From Callorhinchus milii (taxonomy: Eukaryota), in contig NW_024704749.1 of the NCBI RefSeq assembly GCF_018977255.1, positions 2,976,001-3,040,000 of the forward strand: 64,000 nt of DNA, given 5' to 3'. Within the stretch, counting starts at the first letter, position 1, and the number at the start of each line of letters is the position of its first letter. The notes beneath the pieces were generated by a model that saw only the letters and a list, made by a program, of their open reading frames with translations, was not told the DNA's origin and searched no databases. A program made the position numbers and the translations under genes. Positions 63,501 through 64,000 of this stretch are shown piece by piece.

Positions 63501-64000
63501 CATTCTGCGACTCTGGTCCAAATCCCTGACGGGCCTGCACCTTGGAACTTCCTCCCTGGATGAGAATTCTTAAACAAATGTCATCTGTTCTTGTTAGATC
63601 CAGAATACGAGCTCAATTCCCACTTCCTGAAGATAAAAGAACTCTAGAGACGATATAAAAGGTGAAAAGCTCAGTTGATCCTCAAGCAGGGAGGACAGCA
63701 ACACACTTAGAGACAGGTGCATGTGACACTATTGATGTAGTGTTTGCACTGTCTGTAATACAGAATGCCAGCGCTACAAGTGATTCATGCTCTGGTTAAT
63801 TTGTCATTTCTACCACCAAATATTTTGTGAATCAGTTCGATATCGTCACAGGAATAAGTACGGTGATCCGATCTCATCCTCCACCTACCTTTTACTTTGT
63901 CTTTTGTTTCTTCCAACCGAAATATCAGGTATAACCTGCAGTGTTTGGAAAGGTCTGCAATTTCGTAAATGTTTGTCTTTTAATCTTGGAAAAGAATCTC

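Noticed and set aside
1-64000. Recombination signal sequences
   Set aside because: CACAGTG occurs (e.g. near 4025, 8420, 43055) but without a correctly spaced nonamer or an adjacent V/J end.

Overview
Cartilaginous-fish-type genomic DNA (species not determinable here; shark, ray or chimaera) carrying a tandem array of immunoglobulin lambda-like (type II) light-chain clusters, all on the minus strand. Each cluster is leader exon - germline-joined VJ exon (no RSS) - intron - single C exon, with an octamer promoter. In order: (1) intact leader+VJ at 1890-2375, C exon just before the window; (2) a C exon cut by an assembly gap (10359-10616); (3) an intact cluster (C 12943-13265, VJ 14992-15342, leader 15433-15481); (4) an orphan pseudo-C (26767-27089); (5) a cluster with intact signals, three 1-nt deletions and a 5-residue CDR3 (C 39084-39404, VJ 41432-41760); (6) an intact cluster (C 50426-50748, VJ 52922-53272, leader 53359-53407); (7) a decayed VJ (62281-62592) whose C exon is deleted. 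Spacers hold L2 and CR1 LINEs, tRNA-Ala-headed Deu-domain SINEs, a solo LTR and segmental duplications. There are three N gaps, and frequent 1-nt indels suggest imperfect consensus. Most notable: the divergent short VJ junction, a CTCF-like block between clusters, a conserved J-C intron block, signs of inter-cluster gene conversion, and a 44-bp templated insertion. Most supplied ORFs are TE-derived or spurious. Repeat boundaries are approximate unless a TSD is given.
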